From Candidatus Shapirobacteria bacterium (GTDB taxonomy: Bacteria; Patescibacteriota; Microgenomatia; UBA12405; JAUWLS01): a stretch of 64,000 bases of DNA. The notes beneath the pieces were generated by a model that saw only the letters and a list, made by a program, of their open reading frames with translations, was not told the DNA's origin and did not search any database. The translations under genes were made by a program, and so were the position numbers. The DNA lies in NCBI GenBank assembly GCA_030613565.1, contig JAUWLS010000001.1:27355-91354 (forward strand), in the 5' to 3' direction. Positions 1 through 9,072 of this stretch are shown here, in pieces (the first letter of the stretch is position 1; each line of letters opens with the position of its first letter).

Positions 1-1272
1 GAACCAATCCATGTCACCCATTCTATAAGAGATACTTTTCATTATCTTATCTCTACTCCAATTGGTAATTTTTATCATGGATCTGACTACAAGTTTGATT
101 TAAAGCCCATAAATGAGGCTCCTCCAAACTTGCGTCGTATTGCCCAGCTTTCTCAAAAAGGCATAACCTGTCTTTTATCAGACTGTTTAGGTTCTGATCA
201 TGAGCAATATTCTATGTCTGAGTCCGACCTTGCTGGAAAGATTGATAACCACATTAAAGACTCAAAAGGTCGAGTCTTTGTTACCACCATCTCTTCAAAT
301 ATTGATCGTTGGAGTCAGGCCATTCAGGCCTCCAAAAAGTATGGTCGAAAAATCGTACCTTTAGGTTACTCTGTTAAAAAGATCATTCAGCTAGCCCAAG
401 AGCTAGCTTACGTTGATCTTAAAAAATCAGATGTAATTGATCCTCGTCGTGTTGCAAACTTCCCTGATAAGAATTTAACCTTCTTGGTCGCTGGATTCGC
501 TGCTCAAGCAAATTCTGCTTTAAGTAAGATTGTTATGGGAAAACACCAGGTCAAAATCAAATCTGGTGACAAGGTAATCTTTACCGCCCCCGACTACATT
601 CCAGGAACCACTTCCGGAATCTATAAGCTAATTGATGCTTTAAGTAAAATGGGCGCTGAGGTTATTCATTCAGGATCCAGTAAAGACACTATTCATGTTT
701 CTGGTCATGGTTCTGAAAAAGAGCATGCTCTTTTAGTCAACTTAACTGATCCAAAATTCTTACTTCCTATTGGTGGAAACTACAGGCATGTTAAACAATA
801 CGAGATCATGGCTCAAAGGATGGGTTTTAAACCCGGACAAATCCTTACCCCTGATCCAGAAAGGGCTGTAACCTTCTGGGCCAATGGAAAAGTAGACTTC
901 AATACTCGCATTCCTCACCGACAAGTTCTTGTCGACGGTCTTGGAGTAGGAGACGTTGGCCACATTGTCCTAAGAGACAGACGAACTCTTTCCAAAAACG
1001 GAATCGTTGTTATTACCATGCTTGTTGGTACCGAAAAAGTAGAGCTTCTTCAGGAGTCCTATGTCACCACTCGCGGCTTTGTCTTCGAAAAAGAATCCAA
1101 AGGAGTCTTAAATGAGATTAAAAGAACTGCCGAAAAAGTGTTTCAGGAATCCAAGTCGAAACCAATCAACATCGACTTTGTAAGACAAAAAGTACAAGCC
1201 GCAGTAGAAGATCAAATCTACCGAAAGACCAAAAGAGAGCCTATGGTTGTACCTCTAATTATCCAGGCTTAA
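1..1272 (+). CDS. rnj: Ribonuclease J (metallo-beta-lactamase/beta-CASP RNase); 5' end lies outside the window
   Basis: Frame is open from nt 1. Translated stretch HGSDYKFD..ITCLLSDCLGSDHEQYS and HVSGHGS..ALLVNL resemble RNase J beta-CASP/C-terminal motifs. Confidence 0.7.
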   Translation, partial: EPIHVTHSIRDTFHYLISTPIGNFYHGSDYKFDLKPINEAPPNLRRIAQLSQKGITCLLSDCLGSDHEQYSMSESDLAGKIDNHIKDSKGRVFVTTISSNIDRWSQAIQASKKYGRKIVPLGYSVKKIIQLAQELAYVDLKKSDVIDPRRVANFPDKNLTFLVAGFAAQANSALSKIVMGKHQVKIKSGDKVIFTAPDYIPGTTSGIYKLIDALSKMGAEVIHSGSSKDTIHVSGHGSEKEHALLVNLTDPKFLLPIGGNYRHVKQYEIMAQRMGFKPGQILTPDPERAVTFWANGKVDFNTRIPHRQVLVDGLGVGDVGHIVLRDRRTLSKNGIVVITMLVGTEKVELLQESYVTTRGFVFEKESKGVLNEIKRTAEKVFQESKSKPINIDFVRQKVQAAVEDQIYRKTKREPMVVPLIIQA

Positions 1273-1538
1273 GGCTATTTTAAGCCCAAGGATGTTATAA
1301 TCCACTCATGACTGATCAACTGAAACCTACAGTTTACTTCACTCAAATATCTGGACAAGAGATATAAGATCATTGTGCGGTTGTCCATCCGTGGGAGCTT
1401 CAAAAACAGGACACTTCTAGAGTTTCAAGATCCCCTCAAAGAAGAAGACTTCGTCGTAATTGTGTCCGTTCCTGATCCACTTCCAGGTAAAGAAACCCTC
1501 TTCTTATCACTCTTCCTCCTATTTGTTAAAATAAACCC

Positions 1539-3251
1539 ATGCTCTATTCACGTCTTTTTGGAAAAACTCAAAAAACCACACCCTCTGATGCAGCCATGCC
1601 TAGCCACAAGCTCCTCTATAAGGCTGGCTTTATTCGTCGTTTCTCTACAGGTCGCTGGTCTTTCCTTCCTTTAGGAATGAGAGTCTGGAAAAAGATCTTT
1701 GAAATCATTGAGCAAGAAATGGACGCCATTGGGGTCCAGCGCTTAGTTGTTCCCACCCTTCACCCTCTTCAAATTTGGGAAAAAACCAACCGAGATAAGG
1801 TCTTTGGGGAAGAAATAACTGTTATCGAAGATCATTATGGTCAGACCTTTATTCTTGGGCCTACCGCCGAAGGCATGATGGCTGAACTAGTCAAAATGTT
1901 TTCTCCCTCCTACAAAGACCTGCCTTTGGAAATTTATCAATTCTCCTCAAAATTTCGTGATGAGAAACGACCCCGTGGAGGTCTTTTACGTGTTCGTGAG
2001 TTCATGATGAAAGATGCCTACAATTTCTGTGCCAACGAAAAACAATTTGAAAAAAGTTATCAAAAGTTCTACGATGCCTATCTTCGTCTGGCCCAAACCT
2101 TTGGTTTAAAAGTCACCACTGTTCTTGCTGATTCCGGAGCCATCGGGGGAGCCATTTCTCACGAATTTATAGTTGATAATGAAAAGGGGGACGACACCTA
2201 CTTTGTCTGTGATCATTGCAAACAAGCTTGGAATCAAGAAAAATGTCCTTCCTACCGACCAGATCTAACTCCCAATGAAAAAGAAAAAGACTTTAAAATA
2301 ATCGACCAGCCTCAATGGGTTATGACCATGGAGGATAACATTAAGCATTATGGCCAGCCCACCTGGCATTACCTTAAAAACGTGGTCTATAAAGACCATG
2401 AAGGAAAAATCTATATCGCTTCCGTAAGGGGGGATCAAGACGTTAACGAGACTAAACTCAAAAGATATCTAAAATTAAACCATCTCGACCCGGCCACTGA
2501 TGCTGACCTTGAAAAAATGGGCACCAAGCACGGCTATGTTCATTCTTGGGGAATCAAGTCTGTCACCTATGTCGGAGATGAAGGACTAACTAAAGTTAAA
2601 AACTTCATCGGAGGACAAAAAGCAGACCAGACTGCCTCCAAAACCGTCAACTACGGTCGTGATTTTAAATATGACCATCTTGCCGACATCGTCGATGCCA
2701 AAGACGGTGACATTTGTGCCATCTGCAAAAAGGGAAAACTAAAAGAGAAAAAAGGAATTGAGTGGGGTCACACTTTCAATATTGGTCACTTTTACTCAAA
2801 ACCTCAAAAATGCACTTTTACTAATCAAAAAGGGCAAGAAAAATCTCTCCATATGGGTTCTCACGGGATAGGAGTTGGTCGCTCTCTTGCTCTTGTTGTC
2901 GAAAATTATCATGACAAAAATGGAATTTGTTGGCCCAAAAATCTCACTCCTTATCATGTCCACCTGCTTGGGCTAGATCTTTCTGACACAAAAATCAAAA
3001 AAGATGCCGAATCTCTTTATAAAAAGCTCCAAAAAGAAGGACTAGAAGTTCTTTTTGATGACCGAGAAGATACCACCGCTGGCGAAAAATTTGCCGATGC
3101 CGATCTTATAGGTATCCCCCTAAGAATCCTTGTCAGTAAAAGATCCATTGAAAATGGGGGAGTGGAGTACAAAGAGAGAACTAAAAAAGAATCCAAAGTA
3201 ATCAAGAAAGACAAACTAGTAAAGACTGTCAAAGAGTTTTATAAAAACTAG
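1539..3251 (+). CDS. proS: Prolyl-tRNA synthetase, bacterial type with a reduced insertion domain
   Basis: N-terminus LLYKAGFIRR..GPTAEGMMAELV and class II motifs. Two CxxC pairs flank the insertion region. Confidence 0.85.
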   Translation: MLYSRLFGKTQKTTPSDAAMPSHKLLYKAGFIRRFSTGRWSFLPLGMRVWKKIFEIIEQEMDAIGVQRLVVPTLHPLQIWEKTNRDKVFGEEITVIEDHYGQTFILGPTAEGMMAELVKMFSPSYKDLPLEIYQFSSKFRDEKRPRGGLLRVREFMMKDAYNFCANEKQFEKSYQKFYDAYLRLAQTFGLKVTTVLADSGAIGGAISHEFIVDNEKGDDTYFVCDHCKQAWNQEKCPSYRPDLTPNEKEKDFKIIDQPQWVMTMEDNIKHYGQPTWHYLKNVVYKDHEGKIYIASVRGDQDVNETKLKRYLKLNHLDPATDADLEKMGTKHGYVHSWGIKSVTYVGDEGLTKVKNFIGGQKADQTASKTVNYGRDFKYDHLADIVDAKDGDICAICKKGKLKEKKGIEWGHTFNIGHFYSKPQKCTFTNQKGQEKSLHMGSHGIGVGRSLALVVENYHDKNGICWPKNLTPYHVHLLGLDLSDTKIKKDAESLYKKLQKEGLEVLFDDREDTTAGEKFADADLIGIPLRILVSKRSIENGGVEYKERTKKESKVIKKDKLVKTVKEFYKN

Positions 3252-3256
3252 ATACT

Positions 3257-3505
3257 GTGTCAAGCGAGAGTGATCGGGTAAAGATAAAACGACTTAAAGA
3301 AGAAAAAGCTGAAATTTCAACTTTCTTGCGAAGAGGTGGTTTAACAATCCCTGGAAATGTCTTTTGGCCAAAAAAGCACAGACTAGACAGTATTGATCGA
3401 CTATTGGGAAGTATTTATAAAAATTCACCTTCTTCTGGTTCCACTCTAGTGACGGGGATACATACTACAAGAGATGCTAGAGGAAACAGGTTTAATAAAA
3501 AATAG
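3257..3505 (+). CDS. Hypothetical small protein (GTG start, weak)
   Basis: ORF only; no recognisable motif. The start is non-ATG. Confidence 0.2.
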   Translation: MSSESDRVKIKRLKEEKAEISTFLRRGGLTIPGNVFWPKKHRLDSIDRLLGSIYKNSPSSGSTLVTGIHTTRDARGNRFNKK

Positions 3506-3614
3506 GAAGCCTAACTATTCCAGATATATCCGCCCTCTGTCAGATTTTCTTTTTTTTGTTACCCCACCTTTACTTCTTGTCTCTAGATTCATAACACTAT
3601 GTTTATACACTTTA

Positions 3615-3760
3615 TTGTTTTTTTCCACCGGCCCGTGCCCTTTTGGCATCTGAATTACTATCATAAGTAGCAGCTTCCCTTAGGGCCCTGCTATGACAAG
3701 CGCCTAAATGAGGCCCTCCGCAAACAGGTCTTGTCTTGCATCCAGGAACACATCTTACTA
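3615..3760. ncRNA. Candidate structured small RNA in a GC-rich island (possible SRP-RNA-like hairpin on the minus strand)
   Basis: GC content about 55% versus about 38% in the flanks. Minus-strand hairpin AGCAGGGCCC-UAAG-GGAAGCUGCU is reminiscent of the SRP RNA domain IV GGAAGC motif. Only spurious ORFs overlap it. Confidence 0.25.
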
Positions 3761-3883
3761 CTGAAGTTATTGTTCTCCTTTCCCTTCCTTTCTTCATTGC
3801 TCCTGATTATACCCTCTCCTCTATCCCAAACCCAAACAACACCAGTCTCCTCCCTAAATTCAACTTTTGTGTATACTTATCTC

Positions 3884-5995
3884 ATGGCCAAGCGCGGTAG
3901 AAAAAAGAAAAGGAAATTTGGACTCAATCTCGGATTCAAATTAAAAAAAAGTACCATCCAATCTGTCTTTGCTATTCTTCTTTTCTTACTCTCCGCTATT
4001 TCTATCTTTTCCTATCTTCAACAGGGCTATCTTCCTACCCAGCTCAATCTTCTTTTAATTGAATATCTCGGCTTCCTTTCCATCCTCTTCCCTTTTCTCC
4101 TTCTTCATCTTGGTCTAGTCTTTTCAAAAATCAAAAGTCCTCTGAAAGACACTAATGTCTTTGTTGGTTTCCTTCTCACTTTCATTTCTCTTTTAGGTCT
4201 ATTTAGACAAGGTCTAATTGGTCAATTCTTCTGGTCCGAAAGCTCATTTCTAATCACCCCCTTTGGAGCCCTTCTCATTTTCTTCGGTGGAACCCTTATT
4301 GGTGTTGTTGTTCTTTTTAACACCTCCCTTGCCCAAATTTTTAATCTTCTCCAAAACATTCTAAAAACCATTAAAAGATACTCCATCGGTTTTGAGAAAA
4401 AAGGTAAAAAGAAAAAAGATGCCCGTTTTGCCGGTGAACAACAAAAACTCGAAATTGAAACACCCACTCCCGCACCTGCCAAAATTGAAACCCCCACTCC
4501 TGCACCTGCCGCCATTCCCAAAAATGCTCTCAATCCTTCTTCTCAAAAAAGTAGAATTTGGCAATACCCACCCCTCTCTATTCTTGACTCAGGATCTGGT
4601 AAAAAAGCTGATCGTGGTGACATCAGGAAAAATGCCAGCACCATTGAACAAACCCTCGAATCATTTGGTATCACTGCCCGTGTCTCAGAAATCAACAAGA
4701 GCCCTTCTGTTACCCAGTACGCCCTTGAAGTTGCCCTTGGTACCAAGCTCTCCAAAATCGTTTCTTTAAGTAACGACCTTGCTCTTGCTCTTGCTGCTCC
4801 AACTGGACAGATTCGTATCGAAGCCCCCATTCCTGGTCGTTCCCTTATTGGAATTGAAGTACCAAACAAATCTTTAGAGCTTGTCCCTATGCGCACCATT
4901 ATGTCTTCAGATCCTATGAAAAAAGCCAAATCCAAAACCACTGTTCCTCTTGGTCTTGGAGTTTCTGGTGAACCAGCTGTCGCTGACCTTACCAAAATGC
5001 CTCACGTTTTAGTTGCTGGTCAAACTGGTTCAGGAAAATCTGTTTGTATTAACTCCTGGATCAGCTCTTTACTCTTCAGGGCTTCTCCCGAAGAAGTCAA
5101 AATTATCATGGTTGACCCAAAAAGGGTTGAGCTTACCCGCTACAATGGCATTCCTCATCTACTTACCCCGGTCATTGTCGAGCCTGATCGAGTTCTTTCT
5201 GCCCTTGAATGGTGCACCTCAGAAATGGAAAGACGCTATAAACTCTTTGCTGAAGTTGGAGCCCGAAACATTGAATCCTACAACAACATGGCTGGTTTTC
5301 AGTCTCTTCCCTATATTATCTTTGTCATCGATGAGTTGGCTGACATCATGCTTTATGCTCCTGCCGAAATCGAAGACAAAATCTGTCGCCTGGCCCAAAT
5401 GGCTCGTGCCATTGGGATCCACCTTCTTTTAGCTACCCAAAGACCTTCTGTTGATGTTCTTACCGGGTTAATTAAGGCCAACATTCCTTCTCGCATCGCC
5501 TTTGCTGTTTCTTCTGTCACTGATTCTCGTGTTATTCTCGACTCCCCTGGCGCAGAAAAGCTATTAGGTAGGGGAGACATGCTCTTTACTCCACCCGATC
5601 TTGCCAAACCTCTTCGTTTCCAAGGTGCCTTTATCTCTGACACTGAAGTTGGAAAACTAGTTAATTTTCTTAAAAAACAACAAGAGCCAGAATATGATCA
5701 ACAAATCCTTTCTCAACCCGTTGCTGATCCAGGAGGAAGCAAGACATTCTTAGTTGATGGAGAAGAGAGAGATGAAAAATTCGATGAAGCAGTCACTCTT
5801 GTTGTTAGTTCAGATAAAGCTTCTGCCTCCTTGCTCCAGCGCCGACTTAAATTAGGATACGCCAGAGCTGCTCGTATTCTTGATCAACTAGAGAAAGCTG
5901 GCATCGTCGGTCCCTCCAATGGCTCTAAACCTCGAAAAATATTGACCTCACCTGGCCAAACCAATGTTTCTCCTCCTCTTCCAAAAATTGAATAA
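3884..5995 (+). CDS. ftsK: DNA translocase FtsK/SpoIIIE
   Basis: N-terminal multi-TM region, Walker A VLVAGQTGSGKS, and C-terminal gamma/winged-helix LLQRRLKLGYARAARILDQLE. I chose the ATG at 3884 (MAKRGRKKK) rather than the ORF-track start at 3731. Confidence 0.85.
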   Translation: MAKRGRKKKRKFGLNLGFKLKKSTIQSVFAILLFLLSAISIFSYLQQGYLPTQLNLLLIEYLGFLSILFPFLLLHLGLVFSKIKSPLKDTNVFVGFLLTFISLLGLFRQGLIGQFFWSESSFLITPFGALLIFFGGTLIGVVVLFNTSLAQIFNLLQNILKTIKRYSIGFEKKGKKKKDARFAGEQQKLEIETPTPAPAKIETPTPAPAAIPKNALNPSSQKSRIWQYPPLSILDSGSGKKADRGDIRKNASTIEQTLESFGITARVSEINKSPSVTQYALEVALGTKLSKIVSLSNDLALALAAPTGQIRIEAPIPGRSLIGIEVPNKSLELVPMRTIMSSDPMKKAKSKTTVPLGLGVSGEPAVADLTKMPHVLVAGQTGSGKSVCINSWISSLLFRASPEEVKIIMVDPKRVELTRYNGIPHLLTPVIVEPDRVLSALEWCTSEMERRYKLFAEVGARNIESYNNMAGFQSLPYIIFVIDELADIMLYAPAEIEDKICRLAQMARAIGIHLLLATQRPSVDVLTGLIKANIPSRIAFAVSSVTDSRVILDSPGAEKLLGRGDMLFTPPDLAKPLRFQGAFISDTEVGKLVNFLKKQQEPEYDQQILSQPVADPGGSKTFLVDGEERDEKFDEAVTLVVSSDKASASLLQRRLKLGYARAARILDQLEKAGIVGPSNGSKPRKILTSPGQTNVSPPLPKIE

Positions 5996-5997
5996 CC

Positions 5998-6618
5998 ATG
6001 AAACCTGTTGGAACAATCCTAAAACAATCTCGCCAAAGTTTGGGAATTAGTCTCGAAAAAGTCAGTAAAGAGACTAAAATTCCACTAAAAATACTCAAAA
6101 ACCTTGAGAAAAACAAACTCCAATCCCTCCCTCAAGAACCCTACTGCTCTCTTTATGTGAAAGATTATGCCCTCTTTTTGTCCCTTTCTCCTCAGAGAAT
6201 GGTTGCTATTTGTCGCCGTGATCTTGAAGATCTAAAATCAACCTCCCCCCTCTCCACTTCTTCTGAACTGACCGTTACCCCAAAACTTACTGTTGCTGTT
6301 TTGATTCTTGCCACCTTCCTTCTTTTTGCCTCCTATCTTTTTTATCAATACAGTAAGTTCCAACGTCCCCCTTCTCTTGATATCGATTGGCCCACCACTG
6401 AGTCTGTTGTTCAGGAAGAATTAAGAGTAGAAGGAACAACCGACCCTCAAAACGTTGTTAGAGTTAATCAAAAGCCGATAATGGTTGATCCTGAAGGTAG
6501 TTTTTCCACCACTGTCAAACTTTCTCCTGGAGCCAACACTATAAAAGTTGAAGCCACCTCTTTAAATAAAAAAACAACTACCGAAGAAAAAGTAATTGGC
6601 TTCACCTCAACACCTTGA
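5998..6618 (+). CDS. RodZ-like membrane protein (N-terminal XRE-type HTH, single TM, extracellular C-domain)
   Basis: HTH region LKQSRQSLGISLEKVSKETKIP followed by a TM segment, matching RodZ architecture. Confidence 0.5.
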   Translation: MKPVGTILKQSRQSLGISLEKVSKETKIPLKILKNLEKNKLQSLPQEPYCSLYVKDYALFLSLSPQRMVAICRRDLEDLKSTSPLSTSSELTVTPKLTVAVLILATFLLFASYLFYQYSKFQRPPSLDIDWPTTESVVQEELRVEGTTDPQNVVRVNQKPIMVDPEGSFSTTVKLSPGANTIKVEATSLNKKTTTEEKVIGFTSTP

Positions 6619-6648
6619 CCTTCCCTCTCTTTTTACATAATCTTAAGT

Positions 6649-6912
6649 ATGGATCTTGCCCAAGTCACTCCCTATCTTTTAGTTTTCACTGTCACTTCCT
6701 TAACTGTAGTTCTCGTCATCTCTGGTATCTGGATCATAAAAATTCTTAAAGAATTTCTCCAAACCGTCAAACAAATCAATCAGATCCTAGACGATGCAAA
6801 AGTTGTTTCTGAATCAGTTGCCGAACCTGTTGCCACTCTTTCTGATTTTCTGATGGGCTTAAAAAGCGGATTGGATATGTTCACGAAGTTTAGTAAAAAG
6901 AGTGAAGACTGA
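6649..6912 (+). CDS. Small membrane protein, DUF948-like
   Basis: N-terminal TM followed by a coiled segment. Paired with the next ORF, as DUF948/YtxH genes usually are. Confidence 0.4.
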   Translation: MDLAQVTPYLLVFTVTSLTVVLVISGIWIIKILKEFLQTVKQINQILDDAKVVSESVAEPVATLSDFLMGLKSGLDMFTKFSKKSED

Positions 6913-7177
6913 AGAGAAAAAACAATTCACCCCTGGCCTGCTTACTGGAATGCTCTTGGGAGTTTTGGGTACCGTTCTTTACCAGCAAAGAAAAGACGAA
7001 AAACATATTCAACTTTTAAGAAACAAATTAGCTGAAATTCTAAAGTCTGATTTTGATCTTGAAAAACTATTTGAAACTGCTCGTTCTTCTGTCTCAACTC
7101 CAAAAACTCTCTCCACAAAAACAACCACCCCCAGCACTCCCAAAAAGAAACCTAAACTTTTCAAAAGAAACAAGTAA
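6902..7177 (+). CDS. YtxH-like small membrane protein
   Basis: GLLTGMLLGVLGTVLY glycine-zipper TM typical of the YtxH family, with a Thr/Pro/Lys tail. Confidence 0.4.
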   Translation: MKTEEKKQFTPGLLTGMLLGVLGTVLYQQRKDEKHIQLLRNKLAEILKSDFDLEKLFETARSSVSTPKTLSTKTTTPSTPKKKPKLFKRNK

Positions 7178-7204
7178 GCTTTCTCTTTAGGCTATAATAT
7201 CCTC

Positions 7205-8983
7205 ATGCAAGCCCGAGACTTAAAGGATAAATATATCTCTTTTTTCAAATCCAAAAACCATTCTGAAATTCCTTCCTATCCCATTGTTCCCGAAAACGAT
7301 CGCTCTGCTCTTTTCATAAGTGCTGGAATGCATCCTTTAGTTCCTTATCTTCTCGGTCAACCTCATCCTCAAGGGAAAAGATTAGTCTCTATCCAAGAGT
7401 GTTTAAGAACTGGAGATATTGAAGAAACTGGAGATACTACTCACCACACCTGGTTTGAAATGTTGGGCAATTGGTCTTTAGGTGATTACTTTAAAGACGA
7501 ATCCATTGCTTTAAGTTACGAATTTCTTACCAAAATCTTAAATATTGACCCTTCTCTTCTTCACATTACCTGCTTTGAAGGAAATAAAGATGCCCCCAAA
7601 GACGAAGTCTCTCAGAAAGCCTGGTTGAGCCTTGGTATCAAAAAGGACCATATCCACTTTCTACCCAAAAAAGACAACTGGTGGGGTCCTGCTGGAACCA
7701 CTGGACCCTGTGGACCTGATACTGAGATTTTTGTTGATGTTTTCCCTTCACTTGCTCAAGAAGACTTTGTTGCCGGTAACTTGCGTGGTCGTTACATAGA
7801 GATCTGGAACAACGTCTTCATGCAATATAACTTAGATGAAAAAGGAAACTATCAAAACCTTTCTCAAAAAAACGTTGATACCGGAATGGGGGTAGAAAGA
7901 ACAATCACTGTCCTCTCTGGTCTTACCGACAACTACCAAAGCACTATCTGGAAACCGATCATTCAAAAAATTGAAGATCAAACTAGCCTCCCTTATAAAA
8001 CCAACGAGTCTTCCATGCGTATCATCGCCGACCATCTTCGCTCTGCTGTTTTTGTCCTCGCCGATGAAATCGAACCTTCTCCTAAAGAAGCGGGTTATGT
8101 ACTAAGAAGACTAATCAGAAGAGCCATTGTTCAAGCCAAAAAGTTGGGACTTACTAAAAACTTTACCTCCAGCCTTGCCCAAACCATCATCGACAATAAA
8201 GACAACTATGCTGGAGATTACCCTGAGCTAGAAAGAAACCATGACTTTATCTTAAAAAGCCTAGACGACGAAGAAAATCGTTTCCGAGTAACCCTAGACA
8301 AAGGCTTAAAAGAAATCTCTCGCCTCATTGATAAAAAACAACTTACCGGTCTTAATGCTTTCAATATCTACCAGAGCCACGGCTTTCCTCTAGAGATGAT
8401 TGTCGAAGAAGCCCAAAAAGCAAACCATTCTTTAGACAAAAACTTTCAAAAAGACTTCAAAAACGCAAAAGAAGGGCACATCAAGCTTTCTCAAACTGCC
8501 GCCAAAGGTAAATTTGCTGGTGGCCTTGCTGGTGATGATCCAAAAATTCTTGCCTATCACACCACCACTCATCTGCTTCACGCTGCCCTAAGAGAAATTC
8601 TTGGAGATCACGTCAGTCAATCTGGTAGTAATATCACCAAAGAAAGACTTCGCTTTGATTTTACTCATCCCCAAAAACTAACTGACGATGAAATTAAAAA
8701 AATTGAAGATCAAGTAAACAAACACATCAGTTCTTCTCTTCCTATTACTCAAGAAACCATGACTTACGAAGAATCTCAAAAAAAAGGAATTATTTCTTTC
8801 TTTAAAGACCGCTATCCTCAGAAAGTAACTGCCTATTTTATTGGAGACCCCAAAAACCCCATCTCTGCCGAGTTATGTATGGGTCCTCATGTCGAAAATA
8901 CTAAAGACCTTGGAAAGTTTTCTATTCAAAAAGAAGAGAGCTCAAGCTCTGGCAAACGTCGCCTCTACGCTCTCTTATCTTAA
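7205..8983 (+). CDS. alaS: Alanyl-tRNA synthetase, short form (catalytic, tRNA-recognition and editing domains; no C-Ala domain)
   Basis: FKDESI.., WFEMLGNWSLGDYFK, and editing-site HTTTHLLHAAL. Confidence 0.85.
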   Translation: MQARDLKDKYISFFKSKNHSEIPSYPIVPENDRSALFISAGMHPLVPYLLGQPHPQGKRLVSIQECLRTGDIEETGDTTHHTWFEMLGNWSLGDYFKDESIALSYEFLTKILNIDPSLLHITCFEGNKDAPKDEVSQKAWLSLGIKKDHIHFLPKKDNWWGPAGTTGPCGPDTEIFVDVFPSLAQEDFVAGNLRGRYIEIWNNVFMQYNLDEKGNYQNLSQKNVDTGMGVERTITVLSGLTDNYQSTIWKPIIQKIEDQTSLPYKTNESSMRIIADHLRSAVFVLADEIEPSPKEAGYVLRRLIRRAIVQAKKLGLTKNFTSSLAQTIIDNKDNYAGDYPELERNHDFILKSLDDEENRFRVTLDKGLKEISRLIDKKQLTGLNAFNIYQSHGFPLEMIVEEAQKANHSLDKNFQKDFKNAKEGHIKLSQTAAKGKFAGGLAGDDPKILAYHTTTHLLHAALREILGDHVSQSGSNITKERLRFDFTHPQKLTDDEIKKIEDQVNKHISSSLPITQETMTYEESQKKGIISFFKDRYPQKVTAYFIGDPKNPISAELCMGPHVENTKDLGKFSIQKEESSSSGKRRLYALLS

Positions 8984-9072
8984 TTAGTCAAAATTACCTA
9001 CTTTATTCACTGGAAACCACCCTCAATCCCTAGTAGACTTATTTCACAACCCTTAAAAGGGGGATTGCTTAC

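Noticed and set aside
1273-1538. T-box riboswitch leader upstream of proS
   Set aside because: No AGGGUGGNACCGCG T-box sequence or specifier-loop architecture is recognisable in the 266-nt leader.
3612-3797. Minus-strand ORF 3612..3797 and the 3731 start of the ftsK ORF
   Set aside because: The antisense ORF is Arg/Cys-rich and lies in the GC-rich island. FtsK more plausibly starts at the ATG at 3884 (MAKRGRKKKRK) ahead of its first TM helix.
4392-4995. Possible CRISPR-like tandem repeat GAAACACCCACTCCCGCACCTGCCAAAATT... at about 4455-4510, and antisense ORFs 4222..4995
   Set aside because: It is a two-unit in-frame duplication encoding IETPTPAPA inside the ftsK linker, not a repeat-spacer array. 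The antisense ORFs are spurious.
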